Assembly (NCBI GenBank): GCA_963836185.1
Contig: CAWIIQ010000001.1
Coordinates: forward strand, 992,001-1,056,000
DNA length: 64,000 nt
From: Candidatus Krumholzibacteriia bacterium
GTDB taxonomy: Bacteria > Krumholzibacteriota > Krumholzibacteriia > Krumholzibacteriales > Krumholzibacteriaceae
Direction of reading: 5' to 3'
The position numbers and the translations under genes are program-made. Below, piece by piece: positions 51,719 through 60,405 of the stretch. Numbering within the stretch: position 1 is the first letter of the stretch; every line of letters begins with the position of its first letter. The notes under the pieces are model-generated. The model made no database searches. It worked only from the letters and a program-made list of their open reading frames with translations, and had not been told where the DNA came from.

Positions 51719-51849
51719 TGTTCGGGCCCCGCTGGCGACCTGCCGGAATCACGTCTGACCTGAATGCGTTCTCCCTTTACTGTTGCGGGCTGCGGGCGGC
51801 ACACCCTCGAAAAAAGTGATAAGAACAGTAAAAAACAGGTATAAAAGTC

Positions 51850-51878
51850 TTGACACCCCTGTCGGGCCGCGATAATCT
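51850..51878 (+). promoter_or_regulatory. sigma70-type promoter of the HU gene
   Basis: TTGACA-N17-TAATCT, with an AGGAGGTGA RBS downstream. Confidence 0.65.
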
Positions 51879-51918
51879 GGCGCCAGTTGAATCACGAAAG
51901 CGAAGGAGGTGATACGAA

Positions 51919-52212
51919 ATGAACAAGACTGATCTCATCGAAAAGGTCGCGAAAAAGACCGGCATGACCAAGAAGGATTCGGCCATGGTTGTCGACGCGA
52001 TCTTCAGCACAGCTCCGAAGGAAGGCATTATTGCGACAGAGCTCGCGGCCAACAGAAGAGTGCAGATAACTGGATTCGGCACCTTCCAGACCCGTAAGCG
52101 CAAGAAACGCAAGGGCCGCAATCCCCAGACGGGCGAGACCATCACGATTCCGGCGACCAAGTTCCCCGCCTTTTCGGCTGGTAAGGCTCTCAAGGGCCGC
52201 GTAGCCAAGTAA
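51919..52212 (+). CDS. hup: HU family DNA-binding protein
   Basis: [36 protein letters not shown]. Confidence 0.95.
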   Translation: MNKTDLIEKVAKKTGMTKKDSAMVVDAIFSTAPKEGIIATELAANRRVQITGFGTFQTRKRKKRKGRNPQTGETITIPATKFPAFSAGKALKGRVAK

Positions 52213-52230
52213 CAGGGGTTTGCATGATAC

Positions 52231-52266
52231 AGGGGCAAGGAGAATGTTTTCACTTTGCCCCTTTTT
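52231..52266 (+). terminator. intrinsic terminator after HU
   Basis: AGGGGCAA/TTGCCCCT stem followed by a T tract. Confidence 0.65.
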
Positions 52267-52288
52267 CCATTCACGTTAGAATCCATAT

Positions 52289-53677
52289 ATGACAAAGACG
52301 TCAATGATATTGAAGCTGGCCCTGCCGGCTCTTCTCTTCTTCGCTCTCGCGGCGGGATGCACCCGGGATGAACCGGTGACGATCATATTCACCGGTGACA
52401 CGCAGGGGCGCCTAGTCCCCGCCGGGTGAGGCGAGTCCGCCTCAGGCGGCGTGGCCCGGCGGGCCGCGGCACTAAGCAGGATGAGAGAGGAGACACCCGG
52501 CCTGCTGCTCATCTCAGCCGGTGATTTCTACGCGGATAAAGGCATCCTCGAGCTTTACAGGAGCCGGTTCCTGGCGAACATGATGGTGCTGGCCAGGTAC
52601 GACGCCGTCGCCGTCGGCGAGAACGAACTGTCGTATGATTTGAAGGCGATACAGGAGGAGGCTCAGACCGGCCTTCCCGTGATCTGCGCTAATCTTTACT
52701 ATGAGAACGAAAGACTGTTCCCGCCATATGTCATCAAGGAGGCAGGCGGTTCGAAGATAGGGATATTCGCGCTGCTGGGGGAGGATTCGCCCGCGATAGA
52801 GGGGATCGAGCTCAGAGACGCGGCAGTCGAGGGTAGCGATGTCGCCGCGGAGCTGCGCGGTCTCGGATGCGACCTGGTGATTCTGCTGGCTCATTTCAGG
52901 CGCGAGGAACTCGAGTCGCTTCTCTACGGGATCGAAGGAATAGACCTCGTCATAAGAGGACATACCGAGCGTGGCGAGAAGGCTTCGAGTGACTGCGCCG
53001 ATACGATCGGAGGGTCATTTCAGGATTTCGGGGTCCCTGTGCTCTATTCGGGCGACAAGGGACGTGCTCTCGGCAGGGCCGTGATGACTCCTGCGGACGG
53101 TGGATGGGAACTGACAGATACTACGCTCGTCACACTTCCCAAGTCAGCTCCGAGCGACACGATGGTCGCCTCGATGCTAAACGGTTTCTTCGTCGAGGAG
53201 GGTGTGAGGCGCAAGAAGATGCAGGTCACTCAGTTCGTCGCGCGCGATCCCATTACTGGCAAGCTCAGGGAGAAGTATATCGGAATGGCCGTCTGCGCCC
53301 GCTGCCATGACCGTACAGCGGCTGATTTCATCGTCAGTCCTCACTTTCGTACATTCGCGCGGATGACCGAGTCGGGAAACGAAAGAAACGCCAAGTGTCT
53401 CCCCTGTCATACGACCGGATACGGCAGATTCAGCGGGTATGACCCCGAATCCGACGAGAAGGGCGGCATCGATCTCAGGGGAGTCCAGTGCGAGGCGTGT
53501 CACGGCCCAGGAACTAAACACACGCGGGACGGTAAATACAAGGAGGAGGCGAGGAAGAACTGCCGGGTCTGTCACGACGCGAAGAACAGCCCGCATTTCA
53601 ATTTCCAGACCTTCTGGGCGAAAGTGGGACATCGGGCCCTCGCGGACAGCGCCGGAGCGTCAGAGGCGCACAGATAG
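52289..53677 (+). CDS. probable selenoprotein: lipoprotein with UshA-like metallophosphoesterase domain and tetraheme cytochrome c domain (in-frame TGA at 52427-52429)
   Basis: MTKTSMILKLALPALLFFALAAG-C lipobox, IIFTGDTQGRLVPAG*GESASGGVARRA in frame with ORF 52451..53677; AGD, GENE, LLAH, RGH motifs; CARCH, CLPCH, CEACH, CRVCH. Confidence 0.8.
52427..52470 (+). promoter_or_regulatory. candidate bacterial SECIS-like structure
   Basis: Hairpin TGAGGCG-agtc-CGCCTCA containing the UGA, then GTGGCCC-ggc-GGGCCGC with G in the apical loop. Confidence 0.45.
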
Positions 53678-53693
53678 ATCTTCGGATGATACT

Positions 53694-54458
53694 ATGAGAA
53701 CTCTATTGATATTTCTCTGCGTGACAGCGGTGCTGCTTTCGGCAGGTACTGTCTCGGCGGATGTCGACTTTCTCGTGCCCGGGGTCTCCCTGCATTCTAT
53801 CGATTTTACCGCGGGAACGGCGGTGTCTTACCTGATCATATCGGAGGCTCACGGCATAAGGGACAGCTCGCTTGTCACGCTGAAGGTAACGGGCAATGAT
53901 TCAGGGGCCGCCGTCCTGGAGATAAGTTCCACGACCTGGCCCCCGGTAGACGCGGAGAGGATAACCGTACGCCTGACCTTGTGCGCAAACGCCGGCGAGA
54001 TGAAGACCCCCGAGGAGTTTTACTCCTGCATAAGCGATATCCTCGTCAGGGACGGCGCGGAAGATTTCAGGGAGCCGTCACTGGAGGAACTCGAGGATTT
54101 CGATATCGGCAGGCTCTTTCTCAAGAGAAACGAGGGATTCCAGCGGCAGGAGCTCGAACCTGAGAAGGTGGAGGTCCCTGCCGGGACCTTCCCATGCGAG
54201 GTCTTCGAGTATTTCAGGAGCGACCGGCGTGACGTGGCGATGGGGGGGATCACGGCTGAACGTTTCGAGAAGGAGAGGAGCATCCTGAGGATATCCTCCG
54301 AGGTCCCCTTCTGGGGACTCGTGAGAAGCCGTGTCGAACGGAGCTCGAAAACGCTCTATCCGGGCGGCCGCAGCCAGCGAGAGACCATGCCCAAGGTCAC
54401 TGTCACCGAATCGGTCCTTCTGGACTACTCCACTCCAGGCAGGGTAGAGGGAGACTGA
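53694..54458 (+). CDS. hypothetical exported protein
   Basis: Signal peptide (VSA-D), E.VEVPAGTF.C motif, 16 nt after the cytochrome gene. Confidence 0.65.
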   Translation: MRTLLIFLCVTAVLLSAGTVSADVDFLVPGVSLHSIDFTAGTAVSYLIISEAHGIRDSSLVTLKVTGNDSGAAVLEISSTTWPPVDAERITVRLTLCANAGEMKTPEEFYSCISDILVRDGAEDFREPSLEELEDFDIGRLFLKRNEGFQRQELEPEKVEVPAGTFPCEVFEYFRSDRRDVAMGGITAERFEKERSILRISSEVPFWGLVRSRVERSSKTLYPGGRSQRETMPKVTVTESVLLDYSTPGRVEGD

Positions 54459-54598
54459 TTCCGGGCCCGGAAGCCTTGCCGTCCATACCATCTCACCACG
54501 ACAGATCATTCTTTGATTCATGTCTTTTCGTTTGATTGTGCATGCAAGACCACTTATTTTTATCTGGTAAAAATGATTACTTTCAAACGAGGTGGAAA

Positions 54599-56950
54599 GT
54601 GAAGAGGATCGCCGCAACTGTCATCTGTATTCTCACCATCATTAACATATTTCCTGTCATGTCATCAGCGGATACCTTCGGGACTGAGTCCGGGCTCCGC
54701 AAAGCAGTCGTGATAATCAGCGGCGGCGACGCCGGTTCCTACGCGAAGGCTATGGATCTGGCCGGGAAGGCCGGAGCGAGGGGCGTGGTCGGCCTGCCGC
54801 CGACGATGTTGTTTGGAAGGTTCCCCGCCGGCGCAGGGGCGAGTGATTTCGAAGGGCTCGACGTCCGGTTCTTCACTGAAGCGGCGGATATCGATCCGAT
54901 GGAGGTGGACCTCATCACGCTGAAGGTCGCCAGAGGGCTTCTCGACCAGGAGAAGATCCTCAGAATGTCGAAGCCGATACCGGCCGAGCCGTTCAAAGAC
55001 TTCGTATTCGATTTTCCTGAAGAGCTCGCAAGGCGAAATCCCCCGAAGGCAGGCGGTCCGAAAGGAAGCGCTCCGTCGGAGATAATGGAGAGGGGCATCA
55101 GGCAGAACTCCGAGTTTCTTCTCGGCAAGGTGCTCGTCAACGTTATCCTTCCAGAAAGTTCCGGGACCGGTCATAGCGAGGACTGGACGGATGACGAGAT
55201 AGGCAATGCGCTGCGCGATATCGCTATCGGACTCTCACAGTACGAGAACGCGACTAACTGGATGCCGGAGGGGACGCAGCCGGTGTTTTCCGTGAACTGT
55301 CCCGTGCTGCACCAGAGAGTGCCCGTATCGATAGAGCCTACCGAGGGTAACTGGGACTCCGATCCGTTCTGGATCTCCGAGGTGATGGACTACTTGGGGG
55401 AGAGCTACAATATCGATATGCCTGCCGATGCGTGGACGGCGGAGAAGGCGCATATCTTCAACAACGCGATGAGGGAGGGGATCCTCGATGACGGCAGCCC
55501 CGCCCACGACTGGGTATTTACCGCTTTTGTCGCCGATGCCAGTGTCAACGGGTGCTGGCTGGGCGATTCTTATGTTGCCTATACGGTCTTTCTCGGAGGT
55601 CCGTATATTGTAGTTCCCTACCCTGCCTGCAGGTTCGGCGACGGTATCGGTTTCGCCCACGTTTTCATCCACGAGATGAGCCATGTCTTCTGGGCGCTCG
55701 ATGAGTATGCCAGCGCGGAAGCGTCATGCAACGCCAGGTCGGGCTATCTCGACTACATCAACGCCAACTCGTATTTCCGGGATTGCGGGGCGCGCCGGGC
55801 CTGCATCATGAACAACGCCCCGTTGAACGAACCGCTCGCGATATGCCCGTGGACGATGGGGCAGGTCGGGCTAGCCGATGACTACGATATTTTCCAGGAT
55901 GAAAATGTGCCTAACTCGATCCCGGATATCTACGAGGTCTTTCCTGAAATGGAAATCAGCATCCCTGTGACAGATACGATCTTCACGAGCGATCTGGCCG
56001 TCGGGATAAGGATCGAGACGACGCCGGTGCCGAACCAGAATTCCGCGTTCGGGGGCGAGGGTATCGACTATGCGCCAGTACTGACAAAGCTGGAGATGAG
56101 CATAGGCGATGACGGGATCTTCGTGCCGGTCGAGGGGATGAGGACCGGCAGCCCGAACTTCAGCGGTGGGATGCTTCTGCAGGAGGGACTCGATCCCGGC
56201 GAGAACCTTATCAAGTTCCGTGTGGAGAACGAGGTGGGGCTGAGTGCGACGGACAGTGTCAGGGTCTATTTTGTCGGTATCCGCTACTACGCGACCTCGT
56301 CTGCCGCCAGTGAGGAGAGTATCGAAGTACGATGGCAGACGGCATGGGAGCTTTTCGGAGCGGATTTCGAAATATACAGGGAAGATCTTACGGCGAGGAC
56401 TCCAGATGCGCTTTACGCCACGGTCCCTGGAGGATCTTCTTCCGGGGAGATCGATGAAAGGCGCCGCTTTGTTTATATTGACGACGATATCATGCCGGGG
56501 CATACGTACAGATACAGGATCATCGGGACGATAGACGAGGGTGTTCCGCGGCCGCTGACCTACGCGGCGCGCGAGCTGGTCGAGACGGCGGTCGTGCCGC
56601 TCGCCGGAAACTTCGTCTCGCCTGCTATCCCCAATCCTACAGATGACAGGGGGAGCACCTTCAGCATCGCTGTGCCGAGAAGCTACTTCGATCCTTCGGG
56701 CACGACCTCGAGGGATATCATGCGCGCGCCGATGGCCGAGACGAAGACCACCGTTCAGGTCAACGTATACGACGTCACGGGCAGAAAGGTCCGGGAGGTC
56801 TATAACCTGGGCGTCTTCGGCGGGCAGATCCTGACGATGACCTGGGACGGCCTCGACAACAACGGCGGTCAGGTGGCGGCGGGCGTATACTTCATGAAGG
56901 TCACGGCCGGCTCCAATGAGCAGGTCCAGAAGGTCGTCATCATCCGCTGA
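54599..56950 (+). CDS. secreted zinc metallopeptidase-like protein with C-terminal FlgD-Ig/T9SS-type sorting domain
   Basis: Signal peptide, HEMSHVFWALDEY...CIM zincin motif, C-terminal PNP...VYDVTGRKVR...WDG.D..G..VA.GVYF.KV...KVVIIR. GTG start after GAGGTGG. Confidence 0.8.
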   Translation: MKRIAATVICILTIINIFPVMSSADTFGTESGLRKAVVIISGGDAGSYAKAMDLAGKAGARGVVGLPPTMLFGRFPAGAGASDFEGLDVRFFTEAADIDPMEVDLITLKVARGLLDQEKILRMSKPIPAEPFKDFVFDFPEELARRNPPKAGGPKGSAPSEIMERGIRQNSEFLLGKVLVNVILPESSGTGHSEDWTDDEIGNALRDIAIGLSQYENATNWMPEGTQPVFSVNCPVLHQRVPVSIEPTEGNWDSDPFWISEVMDYLGESYNIDMPADAWTAEKAHIFNNAMREGILDDGSPAHDWVFTAFVADASVNGCWLGDSYVAYTVFLGGPYIVVPYPACRFGDGIGFAHVFIHEMSHVFWALDEYASAEASCNARSGYLDYINANSYFRDCGARRACIMNNAPLNEPLAICPWTMGQVGLADDYDIFQDENVPNSIPDIYEVFPEMEISIPVTDTIFTSDLAVGIRIETTPVPNQNSAFGGEGIDYAPVLTKLEMSIGDDGIFVPVEGMRTGSPNFSGGMLLQEGLDPGENLIKFRVENEVGLSATDSVRVYFVGIRYYATSSAASEESIEVRWQTAWELFGADFEIYREDLTARTPDALYATVPGGSSSGEIDERRRFVYIDDDIMPGHTYRYRIIGTIDEGVPRPLTYAARELVETAVVPLAGNFVSPAIPNPTDDRGSTFSIAVPRSYFDPSGTTSRDIMRAPMAETKTTVQVNVYDVTGRKVREVYNLGVFGGQILTMTWDGLDNNGGQVAAGVYFMKVTAGSNEQVQKVVIIR

Positions 56951-57130
56951 TTCCCGCGGTGGCAGGACCGGATCAGGTGAAAATCATTCTCATGACATAG
57001 AGCCTGTTCTCATTGTATGCCGTAACATCAAATATCACTTTTGATTGCGGCGACCCACTTGCAAATACATGCTGGCCGTGATATATTGCTTCCGGCAGCC
57101 GTGCGAAATGAGGAATCTGACGGATAAGTG

Positions 57131-57159
57131 TTGACGGCTGCGCTGGATAGTGATATAAG
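57131..57159 (+). promoter_or_regulatory. sigma70-type promoter
   Basis: TTGACG-N17-TATAAG with extended TG. Confidence 0.5.
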
Positions 57160-57245
57160 GGCACCATATATTGTGCAAATATGACTCAAGTACCACAGCA
57201 TGGAGTGGTGCGGGTCTTTCATGTCCAGGGACGGGAGGAGAAGCA

Positions 57246-57428
57246 ATGAAGCCGGAAGGACACGAAGGGTCGATACTTCAGAAAAGCAAGAACTACGTGA
57301 AGTTCCACAGGTTACTCGCCAAAGCCGAAGCGGACGGGAGGCTGGACGGCAAGCACAGATGCCCGGTCTGCGGGATGAGATATCTTGCCGCGAGTGAGGC
57401 GGATGATTGCTGCAGAATCGAGGATTGA
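57246..57428 (+). CDS. 60-aa Cys-rich small protein (putative zinc finger)
   Basis: GGAGGAG RBS; CPVCGMRY....EADDCC. Confidence 0.6.
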   Translation: MKPEGHEGSILQKSKNYVKFHRLLAKAEADGRLDGKHRCPVCGMRYLAASEADDCCRIED

Positions 57429-57462
57429 TCCTCGGCATCTCTTCAGGTGGAGGTAAACAGCT

Positions 57463-57882
57463 TTGGCTACTGGCAAGACCGCAAAGAAGCGGACGATCAG
57501 ACAACATTGTACCCCTTGTGATAAAGACTTCGATATGGAAGTCGTCGAGGGTGGCGAGAGCAAAGAGGACGTGATCTGGCTCAAGTGCCCGGGTTGCCAG
57601 GGATTCCTTCCATACATGATAGAAGAGGAAGGTGCAGCGTCAGGCAACGGCAGCGTGGAACCGGCGGAACTCGCTCCGGAAGATATCGATGAAGAGGAGA
57701 GGGAGCAGGCCAGGGAATATGTCGAGTCGGGAGAGTTTGAGATCGGCGATATCATCTATCACAGGTCATGGCACGATTACGGCAAAATCGTCTCAAAGGA
57801 AGAACTCCCCGGCAACAGAAAGACGATAATCGTGAACTTCGTCAACCAGGGCACTATCCGTCTTCTCGAGGGAGTGACCTGA
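57463..57882 (+). CDS. zinc-ribbon + Tudor/SH3-like domain protein
   Basis: GGAGGT RBS with TTG start; CTPC...CPGC; acidic linker; FEIGDIIYHRSW..YGKIV. Confidence 0.7.
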   Translation: MATGKTAKKRTIRQHCTPCDKDFDMEVVEGGESKEDVIWLKCPGCQGFLPYMIEEEGAASGNGSVEPAELAPEDIDEEEREQAREYVESGEFEIGDIIYHRSWHDYGKIVSKEELPGNRKTIIVNFVNQGTIRLLEGVT

Positions 57883-57893
57883 AAGGCCTGACC

Positions 57894-58757
57894 TTGAAGA
57901 CCGGGTTTCCAAGTATCTGTCTTATCGTTGCCGCGATGATATTTTCGGCCCCGGAGCCAGCGATGGCCACGGGGCCGTTTCTGAATCTGCCGACATATTA
58001 CGGCCGGGTCGATACAGTCAGGGCCATCATCGATGTCGGGCAGTCGTTCGTCGAGGGTGAGTTTGAGAACTCGACGGCCCTGTCATTCGAAACCGGTTTC
58101 AGGAGCGGCGAACGGACCCGCGTCAGGATGCAGATCCTATATCCGATAATCCGCAGGGACGGATATTATAATCACGGTTTCGGCGATCTCATGCTCAGCG
58201 CCGAGTTGAAAATAGTCGGTGATACCCTCAGGATCAACGGCCTCTTCTTTCGCGGAGACATGCGCATACCGACTGGATCGGCGAGCCGCTGGCCCTATGC
58301 CGGCGAGAGCCTGGACGGAGGAGGAGGACTCGAATACAGGCGGTTTTCTGATACATTCGATTTTCGCTGCTCGGCGACTTACACGCTTGTCGGCCGCAAG
58401 GCCGAAGAGGAATTCTTCAGAAACGAGAATTACGCACTGGCCGGGATCCTTTTCGGCCTCAAACCTTTCAGCGCCGTTTCGGTCGAGCTGTCCGCGTTCG
58501 CGCAGTACTTCAGGAACGGCGATTTCAGGGAAGTCTACCTGATCGGCTGCGGGACCCGTCTCAAAGGGGGCCTCGATGTCCGTCTCTCGGGCGGAATAGA
58601 CAACGGAGGGAGCCTCGAGCGTGTCTGGAACTCGATGATCCAGATCGGGATCACATGGCGTTTCCCCGGCGGCTGGAATAGAAAGCCCGATCCTGACGAT
58701 GACCTCCCGGAGGGGATTCCGCAGGACGGCCTCCAGCCTGAAAAGACAACACCCTGA
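57894..58757 (+). CDS. hypothetical exported protein, probable outer-membrane beta-barrel
   Basis: Signal peptide, alternating amphipathic strands, GFGDL and IPTG motifs, GITWRF before a short tail. Confidence 0.6.
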   Translation: MKTGFPSICLIVAAMIFSAPEPAMATGPFLNLPTYYGRVDTVRAIIDVGQSFVEGEFENSTALSFETGFRSGERTRVRMQILYPIIRRDGYYNHGFGDLMLSAELKIVGDTLRINGLFFRGDMRIPTGSASRWPYAGESLDGGGGLEYRRFSDTFDFRCSATYTLVGRKAEEEFFRNENYALAGILFGLKPFSAVSVELSAFAQYFRNGDFREVYLIGCGTRLKGGLDVRLSGGIDNGGSLERVWNSMIQIGITWRFPGGWNRKPDPDDDLPEGIPQDGLQPEKTTP

Positions 58758-58843
58758 ATGCAATCTGCGAAATCACGATGTTCCAATTGTTCCTCGTTGT
58801 GGAGTAGAGTCCGCAACCTTTCCGCAATGTTGCCCCCTGTATA

Positions 58844-58858
58844 AGGCACATACCTTGC
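58844..58858 (+). promoter_or_regulatory. sigma54 (-24/-12) promoter
   Basis: AGGCAC-ATACC-TTGC, correct GG-N10-GC spacing, 48 nt upstream of the ATG at 58907. Confidence 0.6.
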
Positions 58859-58906
58859 GTTGCCTGATGTTCGTCAAGACTGACTCTGGCTGCGAGGAAT
58901 ACATCG

Positions 58907-60376
58907 ATGGCAACGCATCCTGTCGAAACGATACCTGAGATGGAGGCAAGCGAAGCCGCTTCGCGCGATATGGCGAAGAGCGGGAACAGCGACGCCTCAT
59001 CCCTGCTGGACAGCCTGCTCGAACCGGTCGAGCAGGGAGTGGTCATCCTCGATCATTCCCGGACACCGGTCTTCGCGAACAGGTGCGCAAAGGGGATACT
59101 GTCCGTCGCTGCGAACGAGGAGATCGCCGGAATAATCGAGAGAAGCTGTCCCGACAGTCTCTTTGATAAATGCACGTCGAACGGATCTGCCGTGACATAC
59201 GTGGACGTCACTCTGCCCGACAAGGAGACGCGAAAGCTCCTCGGGCTGGAGGTCCGGGCGATAGGCATTCCCGGTGAGTCGGCGGCATACTACGTGTTGA
59301 TCCATGATTTTTCACGCTGGAAAAAACTCGACGAGCTGAGGTCGCGCTTCGCCACCTCGCTTTCACACAGGATGAGGACACCGCTTACCGCGATCAGAAA
59401 TGCCGTCAAGATACTCAGCGAACAGCCGCTCGAGGGAGAGGACAGGGAGAAACTCCTCGATATAGGCTGGAGAAATGTCGAGAAGCTGATCACGAACCTC
59501 GATGAACTGCAGAAGATATTCATGATCGAGTCGGAGGAGACAAAGGTATGCCGTGTCCTGACGAGAGCTCGTCACGACCTGAAACCTGTCTTCGACAAAC
59601 TCCAGAGCGAAGGCAAGCTCCGCGGCTACAAGATAGGTATGCCGGATATGACGGTGTTCACCGGCCGGGGAAGCCTCAGGGATTTCATCGTCACTTCGAT
59701 CGAGGCATACAATACCTGGCTCGGAGAAGCGCCGTTCATCGAGTGCAGTTCTTCGATCAAGGAGGAGCTCTGCTACCACGGCGGCGTGGAGAAGAGCCTG
59801 AAGATATACCTCAGGCCGAGGACGAGCGGGTGGCTGAGGTCAGTCAGGGAAGGCCTCAGGGATTATCTTTCTTTCCACGAGGCTCACAGGGGCCTGGTCC
59901 TTGACAGGCTGGCCGACGCGCTTGACGCCGAGCTCGAGATCAGCTCCGGGAACACGATCAGCATCAGGCTTCCGCTCAAGCCATCCTTTGATCGCGAGAA
60001 GGACCTCGTCAGCCCGCTTCACATGATGATGGAACGCGCCGATTTTTCAGGCAGCGAGTTCTGCCTGATCGATATGCACATGGTCGGGACTTCCGACAGC
60101 GCTTCCGAACTGGTCGGCACTCTCGAGAAGGTCATGTGCTCGGTCCTCACCGGAGAGCATATGATCTCAAAGGGAGAGGACGGTTCGTCGTGGGTCCATT
60201 TCATCGTCGGCAAGTGCCCCGATGATATCGAGGGTGTAATGAAGAGCGTGCACGACAAGTTCCTCGAGGCCTGCCGCAGGAGCGGGGAGCAGATGATACC
60301 TTCGTTGAGATGGGAGACCCGGTACAGCCGTGTAGCTGGGGAATGCATACCTGAGTCAGAGATACTCGACATCTGA
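58907..60376 (+). CDS. PAS + HisKA protein with degenerate ATPase and GGDEF-like domains
   Basis: QGVVILD...VFAN PAS start; HDFSRWKKLDELRSRF..SHRMRTPLTAI H box; no recognisable N/G1/F/G2 boxes. Confidence 0.65.
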   Translation: MATHPVETIPEMEASEAASRDMAKSGNSDASSLLDSLLEPVEQGVVILDHSRTPVFANRCAKGILSVAANEEIAGIIERSCPDSLFDKCTSNGSAVTYVDVTLPDKETRKLLGLEVRAIGIPGESAAYYVLIHDFSRWKKLDELRSRFATSLSHRMRTPLTAIRNAVKILSEQPLEGEDREKLLDIGWRNVEKLITNLDELQKIFMIESEETKVCRVLTRARHDLKPVFDKLQSEGKLRGYKIGMPDMTVFTGRGSLRDFIVTSIEAYNTWLGEAPFIECSSSIKEELCYHGGVEKSLKIYLRPRTSGWLRSVREGLRDYLSFHEAHRGLVLDRLADALDAELEISSGNTISIRLPLKPSFDREKDLVSPLHMMMERADFSGSEFCLIDMHMVGTSDSASELVGTLEKVMCSVLTGEHMISKGEDGSSWVHFIVGKCPDDIEGVMKSVHDKFLEACRRSGEQMIPSLRWETRYSRVAGECIPESEILDI

Positions 60377-60405
60377 CACTGTTCGTTCTGAATGATATTC
60401 CGGAA

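Noticed and set aside
52451-53677. ORF-track start at GTG 52451
   Set aside because: It would give a heme-c protein with no export signal and a truncated first domain; the in-frame upstream segment supplies both.
56951-57130. Structured ncRNA or tRNA-Sec in the gap after the peptidase
   Set aside because: Only short imperfect hairpins; no cloverleaf or T-loop motif recognised.
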